Positions 9,621 to 20,052 of a stretch of 64,000 bases of DNA are shown here, piece after piece. Both the position numbers and the translations under genes were made by a program. Source of the DNA: Acidobacteriota bacterium (GTDB lineage: Bacteria; Acidobacteriota; UBA6911). Each line of letters starts with the position of its first letter. The stretch's first letter is position 1. The DNA lies in contig OY761556.1 in NCBI GenBank assembly GCA_963664705.1, positions 352,001 through 416,000 of the forward strand, written 5' to 3'. Under the pieces are notes generated by a model, which searched no databases, was not told the DNA's origin, and worked only from the letters and a program-made list of their open reading frames with translations.

Positions 9621-10000
9621 ATGGGAAAAAGCAAACGATTTGAGGAAACAGAATTATGGCAATCTGCCCGTTTTCTGGTAAAAGCAGTCTATGCTATCTC
9701 TCAGACTCCGAAGTTCTCATCTGACCATGGTTTGGTCGATCAAATACGACGGGCGGCAGTCAGCATCGCAAGCAATATTGCAGAAGGATTTGATAGTCAG
9801 AGTAACGCCGTTACCTGCAGGTACCTTGCTTCTGCCCGGGGCTCTTCATCTGAAGTTAGGGCTCAGCTCTATCTTGGGATCTTGGCTATATGGAGAGGAC
9901 CGATTTCGAAAAACTGCTCCCAAGATGCGAATCTATCAGCCGGCAACTTGTCGGGTTCATGGCATACCTCAAGAAGGCGGCAAATCCCCGTAATCTATGA
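9621..10000 (+). pseudogene. Four-helix-bundle protein (23S rRNA IVS-protein / Avd-like family), frameshifted near 9876
   Basis: FEETELWQ...DQIRRAAVSIASNIAEGF...ARGSSSEVRAQLYL; the family-typical tail DLGYMERTDFEKLL...ISRQLVGFMAYLKK continues in another frame from 9878 to TGA at 10000. Confidence 0.85.
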
Positions 10001-10055
10001 ATCTGCGATCTGGAATCGGGAATCTGCAATCTGGAATCTGCAATCTGGAATCTAT
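10000..10055 (-). repeat. Heptamer array AATC(T/G)G(G/C)x8, right flank, inverted relative to 9535-9576
   Basis: AATCTGC GATCTGG AATCGGG AATCTGC AATCTGG AATCTGC AATCTGG AATCTAT. Confidence 0.9.
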
Positions 10056-10080
10056 CCTCACAATGGCATAATCTGAATCC

Positions 10081-12156
10081 ATGGATAACCCTGACCGACA
10101 GTTTACCAATGCGCTCATTCACGAAACCAGCCCGTACCTTCTTCAGCATGCACACAACCCCGTCGAATGGTATCCATGGGGTGAGGAAGCGCTTTCCAGA
10201 GCGAAGCGGGAAGACAAGCCGATCCTCCTCAGCATAGGTTACTCTGCCTGCCATTGGTGCCATGTCATGGCACATGAGTCTTTCGAAGATGAGACGACGG
10301 CAGCGCTGATGAACCGTGAGTTTGTAAATATCAAAGTGGATCGTGAAGAGCGCCCGGATCTGGATGCTATTTATATGTCGGCAGTCCAACTGACCACCGG
10401 ATCCGGCGGCTGGCCCATGACCGTTTTTCTGACGCCCGATCAGGTTCCTTTTTACTGCGGAACCTATTTCCCGCCCATGGATCGGTCCGGTTTGCCCAGC
10501 TTTCGACGCGTTCTTGTCGGTGTCGCCAAAGCCTACCAGGAGAAACGCCCTATCCTCGGGGCCGATTCCAAAGCCCTTTTGCAGGCACTGAGGCAGATGA
10601 ATGAGATCGCTGCGGATCCGGTGCCGTTCGATCCCGCTATTCTTGATAGAGCTGCATCGGCACTGGGTTCGAACTACGATTCCCGGAACGGTGGGTTTGG
10701 TCGCGCCCCCAAATTTCCTCCGTCCATGATTCTAAGCTTCCTTATGAGGACCTGTTGCCGGACGGGAGAGGCGAAGTACCTTGATATGGTAAATGAAACG
10801 CTTGCCCGGATGGCATGCGGCGGCATTTATGATCAGCTGGGTGGAGGCTTCCATCGCTATTCTGTCGATGCCGAATGGTTGGTTCCCCATTTTGAAAAGA
10901 TGCTGTATGACAATGCACTCCTGAGCCGCGCTTATCTGGATGCCTATCTTTTAACAGGAAATGAGTTCTTTCGGCAGGTTTGCACTGGAACACTGGATTA
11001 TGTTGTGCGCGAGATGACCTCTCCGGAAGGAGGCTTCTATTCATCTCAGGATGCCGATTCGGAAGGGCGGGAGGGAGAGTTTTTCCTGTGGACCTCCGGA
11101 GAGGTGGAATCCATTCTTGGCGAACCGGATGCCGAACTCATCTGCCGCTATTTTGATGTGACCCCTGAAGGGAACTTCGAGGGAAAGAACATCCTTCACG
11201 TTCCAAGGCCAGCCGATGTTGTCGCCAGGCTGAATGGCATTCAGGAATCCGAGTTGCTGGCCGTCATCCGGAAAGCAAAGGCGCGCCTCTTCGAAGCCAG
11301 AGAAGCGCGGATCAAGCCGGCGCGCGATGAAAAGATCCTGACAGCGTGGAACGGGTTGATGCTCCGGAGTTTTGCTGAAGCCGCTTGCACTTTGGAGCGG
11401 GATGATTATCGAAGTATTGCGGTGCGAAATGCCGAATTCATTCTGACGCATCTGCGTCACGATCGACAGCTGCTCCGCAGTTACAAAGATGGGAAGTCGA
11501 AATTCAACGGGTATCTGGATGACTATGCATTCCTGCTGGATGGGTTGATCGCGCTGTATGAGGCGACATTTGATCCTCGGTGGATGCAGGAGTCACTGGT
11601 GATAGCGGAATCGATGATCGAGAGATTCTGGGATCCTGACGCCGGCGATTTTTATTTTACCTCCGCCGACCATGAAACGCTCATTCAGCGACCCAAAGAA
11701 CTGTTCGACAATGCCACTCCATCCGGGAATTCCGTGGCCGTTCATGCCTTGTTGCGGCTTTCAAAGTTGACCGGGAATTCCCGTTTCTCGGATTACGCGT
11801 TTCGCGTTCTGGAGAAAATGGCCGGTCTGTTGGATCGGCAATCCTCCGCTTTCCCTCATCTGCTTTGCGCGCTTGATTTCTGTCTCGGACACCCACAGGA
11901 GGTCGCAATAATAGGAAATCAGAATGTGCGGGAGACGAGGGAGCTTTTGCGTGCGGTTTTCGGGATGTATTTGCCGAATAGGGTCGTGGCTTGCGGACCT
12001 GGAGGCGCCGGCGTCCCTTTGCTTGAAAACAGGACACAGCTCGGCGGGAAGCCCACCGCCTATGTGTGCGAGAATTTCATATGCCGTACGCCTGTAGTGA
12101 GCCCTGAAGAACTTCGCAAGCTCCTCAAAGGCTCGAAGATGCCTTCGAACCCTTGA
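10081..12156 (+). CDS. Thioredoxin-domain protein, YyaL/SPATA20 (DUF255) family
   Basis: [31 protein letters not shown] and [11 protein letters not shown] motifs. Confidence 0.95.
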   Translation: MDNPDRQFTNALIHETSPYLLQHAHNPVEWYPWGEEALSRAKREDKPILLSIGYSACHWCHVMAHESFEDETTAALMNREFVNIKVDREERPDLDAIYMSAVQLTTGSGGWPMTVFLTPDQVPFYCGTYFPPMDRSGLPSFRRVLVGVAKAYQEKRPILGADSKALLQALRQMNEIAADPVPFDPAILDRAASALGSNYDSRNGGFGRAPKFPPSMILSFLMRTCCRTGEAKYLDMVNETLARMACGGIYDQLGGGFHRYSVDAEWLVPHFEKMLYDNALLSRAYLDAYLLTGNEFFRQVCTGTLDYVVREMTSPEGGFYSSQDADSEGREGEFFLWTSGEVESILGEPDAELICRYFDVTPEGNFEGKNILHVPRPADVVARLNGIQESELLAVIRKAKARLFEAREARIKPARDEKILTAWNGLMLRSFAEAACTLERDDYRSIAVRNAEFILTHLRHDRQLLRSYKDGKSKFNGYLDDYAFLLDGLIALYEATFDPRWMQESLVIAESMIERFWDPDAGDFYFTSADHETLIQRPKELFDNATPSGNSVAVHALLRLSKLTGNSRFSDYAFRVLEKMAGLLDRQSSAFPHLLCALDFCLGHPQEVAIIGNQNVRETRELLRAVFGMYLPNRVVACGPGGAGVPLLENRTQLGGKPTAYVCENFICRTPVVSPEELRKLLKGSKMPSNP

Positions 12157-12184
12157 GGTTTTGCGAAGCAGGAGGAGTGTTGGG

Positions 12185-13153
12185 TCAAACCTGAATACTC
12201 TGGAATAGAATCGAGGAGTGATAGCGATCCCCTGAATCCGGGAGTATCACAATCACCAGTTTCCCTCTATTCTCCGCCTTTGATGCTACCTGGACTGCCG
12301 CCGCGACTGCCGCTCCAGAGGAAATCCCGCAGGTGATACCTTCCTCTTTGTGCAGCCTGTGAGCCATTTGAATGGACTCCTCGCTGCTGACCGTTGCCAC
12401 TTCATCCACAAAACTCAAATCGAGATTCTTTGGGATGAAGCCGGCGCCAAGACCTTGAATTTTGTGCGGGCCCGGTTTGAGCGGCTCATTTTTCTTGGCA
12501 GCGGTAATGACCGGCGATTCCACCGGCTCTACCGCCACGCTCCAGAGGGGCTTTTTCTTTTCCAATTCGAAGTACTGGCTGATTCCGGTAATGGTTCCTC
12601 CGGTGCCCACTCCGGAGATCAGAATATCGGCTTTTCCGTCGGTATCGTTCCAGATCTCCGGGCCAGTTGTTTTGCAGTGGATCTCCGGGTTGGCGGGATT
12701 CTCGAATTGTTGCGGTATCCAGTATTTCCCGGGATCCGAGGATCGAATTTCCTCTGCTTTTGCGATGGCTCCAGGCATGCCTTTCGAGCCTTCGGTCAAA
12801 ATGACCGTAGCTCCAAATGCTTTGAGTAGACGTCGTCGTTCCAACGACATTGTATCCGGCATGGTTAAGATCAAGGGGTATCCCCGCGAGGCGGCGACGT
12901 AGGCTAACGCAATTCCCGTGTTCCCGCTCGTCGGCTCGACAATCGTTGTGTTGTTTGAACCCTGTTTCAGAATGCCTTCACGTTCAGCAGCCCAGATCAT
13001 GGCTGCTCCGATGCGGCACTTCACAGAGTAGGCTGGATTGCGGCCCTCGATTTTTACCACGACGGTGGCTGGCAAGCCGCTTGTGATGCGGTTGAGCTTT
13101 ACAAGCGGCGTATTTCCAATAGAGAGGGAGATGTCTTCGTAGATTTTGCTCAT
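12185..13153 (-). CDS. cysK: Cysteine synthase A
   Basis: PLP Lys motif [27 protein letters not shown]. Confidence 0.95.
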   Translation of the reverse strand: MSKIYEDISLSIGNTPLVKLNRITSGLPATVVVKIEGRNPAYSVKCRIGAAMIWAAEREGILKQGSNNTTIVEPTSGNTGIALAYVAASRGYPLILTMPDTMSLERRRLLKAFGATVILTEGSKGMPGAIAKAEEIRSSDPGKYWIPQQFENPANPEIHCKTTGPEIWNDTDGKADILISGVGTGGTITGISQYFELEKKKPLWSVAVEPVESPVITAAKKNEPLKPGPHKIQGLGAGFIPKNLDLSFVDEVATVSSEESIQMAHRLHKEEGITCGISSGAAVAAAVQVASKAENRGKLVIVILPDSGDRYHSSILFQSIQV

Positions 13154-13218
13154 ACCTGGTATTTACCAGTTAGCCTCGCCCAAGTCAACGCGGGGGACCG
13201 GAGACAGGCGGCAGAGTA

Positions 13219-14295
13219 TTACTTTCTTTTATCCTTGGTGGCGAAATAGCCCTTCTTGGTGCGTGCCACCAGATCGGGCTTCTTGAGCTTTATCTCAATT
13301 TTGCGATACTTGCCGTCATGCTTGTTATCCGTGGAGTAATACCCAATACTGTACTGGCTGGCAAGTTCCCTGGCTATCTCCGAAAATGCGCGGCTCAAAT
13401 CCTGCATGCCGTCGAACAACAAGCCTCCACTGTATTCAGCCAGTTTGTTCAGATAATCCTTCCCTGCAAGATAATCCTCGTCGGTTGTGCCGGTTGGGCT
13501 TGGGATGGTGCTTCGCGTGCTCCTGGGACCTCTGGTGATTGGAGGCATTGGATTCCAGACAGGAGGAATTTGGGTGCCTCCGGGATATCCAACCGTGGGT
13601 CTTCTTCGGTATTGATCGCCCTCGGTATTGTAAAAAACGGAATAGATTGTGGCGCGAGTTTCCTTGGCAAGCTCCAGAGTTTCTCTTTCGCTTGCCTTGG
13701 TGCTGCAGGTATCGACTCCGTCCGAAAAAACTACGAGCGCCTTGCGCTCCGTCTTTGGTTTCAATACTTCCTCGAGCGCAAGCCAGACCGCTTCATAGGC
13801 AACCGTGCATCCTCCGGATCGTGTTTTTTTAATGCCGTACTCATTTCGATCGCGATTGATGGTGAAGTCCTGTTGCAGCTTTACGTCGTCTGCAAAAGAC
13901 AAAACTGCTACTTCGTCATCCGGGTGCAGTTGATGGACGAATTCGATGGCGGCATTTTGAATCCGCGCCAGTTCCAGTTCGGTACTCCCGCTTGTATCAA
14001 GTAGAAGCGCCACGTCGATAGGCTCATCGGTTGCGGCAAAACCGGCAATTTCCTGCTGGGTTCCGTTTTCGAAAACCTGAAAATCATCCTTGGTCAGATT
14101 GGTGATGCGTCTGCCCTGGCGATCCGAAACCACGACCGGCAACGAGACCATCTCTACATTGGCGCGGATAACCGCAGGCTCCTGATCTTCGGATTTCCGG
14201 GGTTTCTTATCCGCGGAAACGGCGGAAAGGAGAAGCAGGGAAACGGCCAGGACTCCCGCAAACCAAAGCCTTGTAATTTGCATATTGCCACCCAT
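13219..14295 (-). CDS. Exported VWA-domain protein (Acidobacteria-type)
   Basis: Signal peptide, MIDAS DTSGS, SDGVD, QYSIGY...DGKYRKI. Confidence 0.9.
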   Translation of the reverse strand: MGGNMQITRLWFAGVLAVSLLLLSAVSADKKPRKSEDQEPAVIRANVEMVSLPVVVSDRQGRRITNLTKDDFQVFENGTQQEIAGFAATDEPIDVALLLDTSGSTELELARIQNAAIEFVHQLHPDDEVAVLSFADDVKLQQDFTINRDRNEYGIKKTRSGGCTVAYEAVWLALEEVLKPKTERKALVVFSDGVDTCSTKASERETLELAKETRATIYSVFYNTEGDQYRRRPTVGYPGGTQIPPVWNPMPPITRGPRSTRSTIPSPTGTTDEDYLAGKDYLNKLAEYSGGLLFDGMQDLSRAFSEIARELASQYSIGYYSTDNKHDGKYRKIEIKLKKPDLVARTKKGYFATKDKRK

Positions 14296-14585
14296 TTATC
14301 CTAATTATAGACGCTATTTGCCGGATAAGGGATCATCCTTTCCACCGGGAGCGCTGGCCTGGAATGGATCATTGAATTGTTGCGGGATCGGGAATTGGCG
14401 CGCATAATGGGCCCCACTGGACGGTTATTGCTCCAAACGACAGGTTTTATCGAACAGAATTGTAGGAAATTTATCCCGGATTCCCACCGGGATTGAGCGT
14501 TACAGCACTGTATTCGTCAATGAATAGCTGTGCTTGAACGGTATAGATTTCTGAAAACTATTTATAAAACTGAAGGAGGTAATCA

Positions 14586-15137
14586 ATGAAAAACTCAGTG
14601 CGATTTTTTCTTGGTGTCAGCCTTTTGGTTTTAACCCTTTGCTATGGCTGTGGTGAAAATTATCAGGCGGACATGCAGGCTGCCCAGCAGGCGATGGATG
14701 CAGCCAAAGCCGTTTTTGCCGAAGACCTGGTTCCCTTGGACTGGAAGGAAGCCATGAAAGTCTGGGACCAGGCTCAGGCTGCCATAAAGGACGGGAAACC
14801 CTCCGTCACCTATTTCAAGAGAGCCAAATCACGCTTTGAGAAAACAGCCAAGCTGGCCAAATCGAGCGGGGATGCCATGGCTCAGGATGTCACTGCCATG
14901 CAGGGGACCATAGGCGAACGCCTGGGCAAAATGAAAGATCGGCTGGATGGCAGCCGGGTGCCCGGTAAAGTAGCCAATCAGGTCAAGCCATTGGTGGCGG
15001 AACTGCAGGAGGGGACAACAACGCTGGACAACCTGATGAGCCAGCGAAATTACCTGAAGGCTAAAATGCTGGCAAAGGATCTGCAATCGAAGGTTTATAC
15101 GGCCGAGTTGATCATGGCCGGAAAAAAACCGAAATAG
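14586..15137 (+). CDS. Hypothetical helical lipoprotein
   Basis: AGGAGG RBS; lipobox-like CYGC after hydrophobic signal. Confidence 0.7.
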   Translation: MKNSVRFFLGVSLLVLTLCYGCGENYQADMQAAQQAMDAAKAVFAEDLVPLDWKEAMKVWDQAQAAIKDGKPSVTYFKRAKSRFEKTAKLAKSSGDAMAQDVTAMQGTIGERLGKMKDRLDGSRVPGKVANQVKPLVAELQEGTTTLDNLMSQRNYLKAKMLAKDLQSKVYTAELIMAGKKPK

Positions 15138-15160
15138 CGAATCCGGGTTCGGCCGCGAGA

Positions 15161-15219
15161 GTGTGGAATTCGTGAAATTCGTGGCAGATGCTTTGTTCCC
15201 TTTGCCACGAATTTCACGA
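15161..15219. repeat. 9-mer-period (AATTCGTG) inverted repeat with perfect 17-bp stem
   Basis: TCGTGAAATTCGTGGCA (15170-15186) / TGCCACGAATTTCACGA (15203-15219). Confidence 0.85.
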
Positions 15220-15342
15220 TCGGGACGAAGGTCTGGAAATCATCTCCCGTCAATGTTTCCGGCATTTCCACTTGAGCCGGGGTCGCACCAAGTGGTAGCA
15301 TTTTTAGCTCTGTTTCCGAGCTAATCTTGAATAGGTGCCGCC

Positions 15343-15762
15343 ATGACCAAAGAACAGGAAGAACAGGGTTTCAAAGTTACGGACAAACGCGGATTTCAGG
15401 AGGAAGGCGAAAAGGCTGCTCCTGGATCGACTGAAGGGCCGGGAGTGGAAACATCAGGGCCGGAATCGACTTCCGATCAGAAGACATCTGAGGATGGTCC
15501 TCCTCGTCCCCCCATTGATTTTCCCTCCTATATCCTCGGCTATTACACCCAGGGTCTTGTCCTTTTGGGCGAAGTCCCGAATCCATATACCAATAAAAAA
15601 GAAGAGGATGTAGAAGCCGCACGGCATACCATCGACATTCTGTCGATGCTTGAACAGAAAACAAAAGGGAATCTTGGCAATGATGAGCAGCAGCTGCTCG
15701 AGAGCGTGCTGTATGAACTGCGGATGAAGTTCATGGCCAAGACAAACCGTATCAAGTATTGA
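15343..15762 (+). CDS. DUF1844 family protein
   Basis: FKVTDKR N-terminus; ARHTIDILSMLEQKTKGNL...LYELRMKF. Confidence 0.85.
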   Translation: MTKEQEEQGFKVTDKRGFQEEGEKAAPGSTEGPGVETSGPESTSDQKTSEDGPPRPPIDFPSYILGYYTQGLVLLGEVPNPYTNKKEEDVEAARHTIDILSMLEQKTKGNLGNDEQQLLESVLYELRMKFMAKTNRIKY

Positions 15763-16718
15763 TGAGTGATATGAAGGTAATTTCCCGCTTGGAGGATCTC
15801 TCTCCAGAGTATCCATCTCCCATTGTGACGATTGGGAACTTTGATGGGCTTCATCTGGGCCATCAGAATCTGATACGCGATCTTGTCAGCCGGGCAGAAA
15901 AGGTTGGCGGAACGCCGGTTGTGGTGACATTCCATCCGCATCCTTTGCAGGTGCTGGCGCCCAACAACGCTCCCCTTCAGATTCAAACTCTTGAACAAAA
16001 AATTGCGACCATCGAATCGCTCGGGATTCCGCTGGTGGTGGTGATTCCGTTCAATACCACTCTTGCTCAGACGAGCGCCCGCGATTTTGCTATTGAGCTA
16101 TGGGAGCGACTTCGTTTGAAGGAGATTTATGTAGGTCCGAATTTCGCCTTTGGTCACCGTCGACAGGGAAGCATTAACCTGTTGAAAGAGATCGGGGAGG
16201 AGAAGGGCTTCCTTGCTGGGAAAATCCACCAGGTGCAGTTTCGCGGCAACCGTGTATCCAGTACTGCGATACGCCAGGCTCTTATTTCCGGTCAGGTTGG
16301 ACTGGCGCGGCGTCTGCTAGCACGCCCGTATGCCTTGAGCGGTTCCATTGTCCACGGTACCGGTACCGGCACCAAGCTGCAAATTCCTACGGCCAATCTG
16401 CAGACCCCCAATGAACTGATTCCGCGCCGCGGCGTTTATGTCACGCTTTTCAGCGTGGGAGGCCGCAAATATAAAGCTGTTACCAACATTGGATTCCGGC
16501 CCACCATCACGGATACTGCGTCTCTGAGCATTGAGACGCACCTATTTGACTTTGACCAGGATGTATACGAGAAAGACGCCACGCTGGAATTCCTGATGCG
16601 TCTGCGGGATGAACGGCGCTTTTCCGGGATGGCCGAACTGGTGGCGCGGATACAAAAAGACAAAGAGAACGCCCGCAGGTATTTTCACTGGCTCGGACGA
16701 ATGACGAATAACGAATGA
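15762..16718 (+). CDS. ribF: Bifunctional riboflavin kinase/FAD synthetase
   Basis: IGNFDGLHLGHQ, VSSTAIR, PTAN, NIGFRPT, IETHLFDF. Confidence 0.95.
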   Translation: MSDMKVISRLEDLSPEYPSPIVTIGNFDGLHLGHQNLIRDLVSRAEKVGGTPVVVTFHPHPLQVLAPNNAPLQIQTLEQKIATIESLGIPLVVVIPFNTTLAQTSARDFAIELWERLRLKEIYVGPNFAFGHRRQGSINLLKEIGEEKGFLAGKIHQVQFRGNRVSSTAIRQALISGQVGLARRLLARPYALSGSIVHGTGTGTKLQIPTANLQTPNELIPRRGVYVTLFSVGGRKYKAVTNIGFRPTITDTASLSIETHLFDFDQDVYEKDATLEFLMRLRDERRFSGMAELVARIQKDKENARRYFHWLGRMTNNE

Positions 16719-16724
16719 CGAATT
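16697..16724 (+). repeat. Heptamer array ACGAAT(G/A/T)x4 over the ribF stop
   Basis: ACGAATG ACGAATA ACGAATG ACGAATT. Confidence 0.75.
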
Positions 16725-16748
16725 GGAAGCGATTGGTATTTATTGGAG

Positions 16749-17051
16749 ATGACCGTGTCCATTACACGCGCAGAAGTAGTAAAGATTGCCGATCTTGCAA
16801 AGCTTCATTATAAGGACGATGAGCTGGATGCATTTGTTCTGCAGTTCCAGAATATACTGGATTATGTCGAACAGCTCAAAGAAGTGAATGTGGAAAACGT
16901 CCCTCCGACGAGCCATGTTTCACTTGCGGCTGATTTTGAAAAACACATTTTCCGGGAAGATGACGTTAGCGCATCGCTGCCCGAAGATGCCAGCCTGTCC
17001 AATGCGCCGGACCCAGGTGCCGGACATTTCCGTGTTCCCAAAGTACTCTAG
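16749..17051 (+). CDS. gatC: Asp/Glu-tRNA amidotransferase subunit C
   Basis: EVVKIADLAKL...ILDYVEQL...FRVPKVL; upstream of gatA. Confidence 0.9.
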   Translation: MTVSITRAEVVKIADLAKLHYKDDELDAFVLQFQNILDYVEQLKEVNVENVPPTSHVSLAADFEKHIFREDDVSASLPEDASLSNAPDPGAGHFRVPKVL

Positions 17052-17065
17052 CCCGGATCGATCCT

Positions 17066-18514
17066 ATGAATCTTACCGATGCTCATGCGATACAGAAGGC
17101 GGTTAATTCCGGCGCAATAACTGCGCGGGAAGTGGCCGAACAAGCCCTGGAACGAATTAAGGCGGTCGATGGCAGGTTGTCCGCGTTCCTGAACACCAAC
17201 ACAGAGAAGGTTCTCGCCCGTGCCTCGGAAATCGACAAGACAGTGCGCGAGAAAGCGCTTCCGCTTGCCGGTGTCCCTGTTGCCGTGAAAGACAATATTT
17301 GCGCCAAGGATCTGCCCACAACGTGCGGCTCCAAAATGCTGGAGCACTACGTGTCTCCGTATAACGCAACTGTCGTCGAACGGCTGGAGCGTGCCGGAGC
17401 CATAGTAATTGGAAAAACCAATTGCGATGAATTCGCGATGGGGTCGTCTACGGAGAATTCGGCATTCGGACCAACCCGAAACCCATACGATCTGGATCGG
17501 GTGCCGGGAGGAAGCAGTGGCGGCAGCGCCGTGGCGGTTGCGGCCGAAATGGCGCCCCTGGCTCTGGGTTCCGAAACCGGTGGTTCCGTTCGTCAGCCGG
17601 CTTCCTTTTGCAATATTGTGGCCCTGAAGCCAACCTATGGACGAATTTCGCGGTATGGTCTGGTTGCATTCGCGTCCTCCCTCGACTGCATCGCGCCGAT
17701 CGGCAACTGCCCGAAGGATATCGCACTTCTGCTGTCTCAGGTTGCGGGCAGAGATGCGCATGATTCCACCTCCTCGACGGCGGCGGTGCCGGATTATCTG
17801 TCGGAAATGAACCGGCCGATTAAGGGAATGAAGCTCGGGATTCCCAAGGAGTTTTTTGGTGAAGGACTGGATCCCGAAGTTCGATCGATCATTGAAGCGG
17901 GTATCCGCAACGCGGCGTCTCTTGGGTGCGAATTGGTCGAGGTCTCATTGCCGCACACAAAGTATGCGATCGCCGACTATTATATTATTGCCCCCGCCGA
18001 GGCGAGTTCGAATCTTGCGCGCTATGATGGCGTGCGGTACGGCTTCCGCGTGGATTCCCCTGCAGACCTGCAGGATATGTACAAACGAACGCGAAGCGAG
18101 GGATTTGGCGCAGAGGTGAAGCGGCGAATCATGGTTGGGACGTACGCGCTATCCTCCGGCTATTACGAGGCCTATTATGGACGCGCCATGCGTGTCCGGA
18201 CGCTGATCAAGCGCGATTACGACCAGGCCTTTGAGCGCGTGGACGCGATGCTCAGTCCGGTCAGTCCAACCCCGGCCTTCAAAATCGGGGAGAAGGCGTC
18301 CGATCCACTGGCGATGTACCTTTCCGATATTTACACCGTCACCGCAAACCTCGCCGGGATTCCGGCACTTTCCTTGCCCTGTGGGTTTACTGCGAACGGC
18401 TTGCCGGTAGGGCTTCAAATTCTGGCCAACCAGTTTGAAGAAGGGAAACTGCTTCAGCTGGCGGATGCCTATATGCAGGCTTTTCCGGTGCCCAAGTCAG
18501 GCCGCAAGGTTTAG
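17066..18514 (+). CDS. gatA: Asp/Glu-tRNA amidotransferase subunit A
   Basis: Amidase signature GGSSGGSA; EASSNLARYDGVRYG; GFGAEVKRRIMVGTYALS. Confidence 0.97.
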   Translation: MNLTDAHAIQKAVNSGAITAREVAEQALERIKAVDGRLSAFLNTNTEKVLARASEIDKTVREKALPLAGVPVAVKDNICAKDLPTTCGSKMLEHYVSPYNATVVERLERAGAIVIGKTNCDEFAMGSSTENSAFGPTRNPYDLDRVPGGSSGGSAVAVAAEMAPLALGSETGGSVRQPASFCNIVALKPTYGRISRYGLVAFASSLDCIAPIGNCPKDIALLLSQVAGRDAHDSTSSTAAVPDYLSEMNRPIKGMKLGIPKEFFGEGLDPEVRSIIEAGIRNAASLGCELVEVSLPHTKYAIADYYIIAPAEASSNLARYDGVRYGFRVDSPADLQDMYKRTRSEGFGAEVKRRIMVGTYALSSGYYEAYYGRAMRVRTLIKRDYDQAFERVDAMLSPVSPTPAFKIGEKASDPLAMYLSDIYTVTANLAGIPALSLPCGFTANGLPVGLQILANQFEEGKLLQLADAYMQAFPVPKSGRKV

Positions 18515-18636
18515 GAGCACTCCTAATTCCTGGACACGCTCCTTAACAAACTCTCGACTGCGGGTAGGCGGTTTCCAAACTGGCTGCCCGCGGTAAAAAA
18601 TCTTCGCTCAATTTGCCGTCCGTTCATTAGATAGGC

Positions 18637-19143
18637 ATGAATATCCTATGGCCTGCTTTGGTGTTTGTTTGTCTGCAGTCCCTTGTCGAGGTAGCCAGGG
18701 AAGAGGCGGCAAGGCGAGAAGCACTGGACCGACAGGGAATCCAGGTCCGCGTTATCGACGCAATTCCGGAAGGGCATATGATTTTGTCGAGCGGCAGTCC
18801 CTCGTCCCGGACAATGAAAGAGCCCGTGCCGGTGAAGGAGAAGGTCTCTGTTTCCAAAATCAGAGATGAGCTGCGGCGGCTGGATCGGGATATCCGGCAG
18901 ACCCAGGAGCGCATTGAATCATGCCGCGCGCGACTGCATTCAGCGCGCTGGGCAATACCTAAGACAGGGAGAGTCTCGGGATCGGTCGATACCGAACGGG
19001 CACAGAACAAGCTCAAACAGGAAATGGAGCAATTACAGAAACGGCTCGAGAGGCTTCAGCAGGAGAGATCTGTTCTTTATGATCGAGGCCGGAAGGCGGG
19101 TTACCTGCCGGGTGAATTGACGGGGAAGGGCATCATTCCGTGA
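18637..19143 (+). CDS. Hypothetical exported coiled-coil protein
   Basis: Signal-like N-terminus, QSLVEVAREEAARR, coiled-coil C-half. Confidence 0.6.
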   Translation: MNILWPALVFVCLQSLVEVAREEAARREALDRQGIQVRVIDAIPEGHMILSSGSPSSRTMKEPVPVKEKVSVSKIRDELRRLDRDIRQTQERIESCRARLHSARWAIPKTGRVSGSVDTERAQNKLKQEMEQLQKRLERLQQERSVLYDRGRKAGYLPGELTGKGIIP

Positions 19144-19999
19144 TCCCGGATTCCTCCTCGCCGCTCTGCAGTTCGCTATTTAGTTGGTCATAGGCCTCCC
19201 GGCGGCTGATGCCACGCTGTTTGGCCACCGATTTCAGCGCTTCGTTTCGTGCAAGCCCGGTCTTTCTGATTTCATCCTCGAGATGTTGTTTGATGGATTC
19301 CGGGAAATCCGTATTCGCCGGAGATATCTCTCCGCGCTCGACCACAAGGGTGATTTCGCCCATAATTTCCGGGCGTTCGCGCAGTACTCCCAATATTTCC
19401 GGAATCGTGCCGTTCAGGAATTCTTCGTGAATTTTTGTCAGTTCGCGGGCAACGCTGACTCGGCGTGCGCCCAAAATGTCCGCCATGTCTTCGAGTGACG
19501 CGAGAAGACGGTGCGGAGCCTCGTACAGAATGATGCTAGAGGGGATTGAGGCCAGCTCCTCTAGCCTGCGTCGCCGCAATGAGCGGCGGGGAGGGAGAAA
19601 CCCTGCAAAGTAAAATGTGTCCGAGGGAAGGCCGGAGGCGATCAATGCAGAAATGGCGGCCGAGGGACCGGGAATCGGGACTACCTGTATCCCCTCTTTG
19701 CGGCAGGAGGAAACCAGTTCGTATCCGGGATCTGAAACCAGTGGTGTCCCGGAATCGCTGACCAGGGCAATGCTCTTGCCTTCCTGCAGCATCCCGATCA
19801 GCTGCGGCGTGCGGCTTTCTTCATTGAACTTGTGGTAGCTTTCCCGGGGAGTGCCGATGCCATAGCGCGAAAGAAGCTTGGAGGTGTGGCGCGTGTCTTC
19901 GCAGGCGATCAGATCCACCTCTTTCAGGATGCGCAGTGCGCGCAGCGTGATATCTTCCAGGTTTCCTACCGGCGTGGCAACTATGTACAGGATGCCCAT
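19133..19999 (-). CDS. rsmI: 16S rRNA (cytidine1402-2'-O)-methyltransferase
   Basis: LYIVATPVGNLEDIT, ACEDTR, SDSGTPLVSDPG, RELTKIHEE. Confidence 0.95.
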   Translation of the reverse strand: MGILYIVATPVGNLEDITLRALRILKEVDLIACEDTRHTSKLLSRYGIGTPRESYHKFNEESRTPQLIGMLQEGKSIALVSDSGTPLVSDPGYELVSSCRKEGIQVVPIPGPSAAISALIASGLPSDTFYFAGFLPPRRSLRRRRLEELASIPSSIILYEAPHRLLASLEDMADILGARRVSVARELTKIHEEFLNGTIPEILGVLRERPEIMGEITLVVERGEISPANTDFPESIKQHLEDEIRKTGLARNEALKSVAKQRGISRREAYDQLNSELQSGEEESGITE

Positions 20000-20011
20000 A
20001 ATTTTGATTTA

Positions 20012-20052
20012 CAATAACGAATAAAGAGCCATGTCATTCGTCATTCGTAATT
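20012..20052. repeat. Short inverted heptamer arrays (ACGAAT(G/A) family) between pdxJ and rsmI
   Basis: CAATAACGAATAA ... GTCATTCGTCATTCGTAATT; same unit as 16697-16724. Confidence 0.6.

Noticed and set aside
9535-10055. Diversity-generating retroelement suggested by the Avd-like gene
   Set aside because: I found no reverse transcriptase and no TR/VR pair differing at adenines in the window.
17066-18514. gatB missing after gatCA
   Set aside because: Split gatCA/gatB arrangements are common, and gatB is probably elsewhere in the genome.
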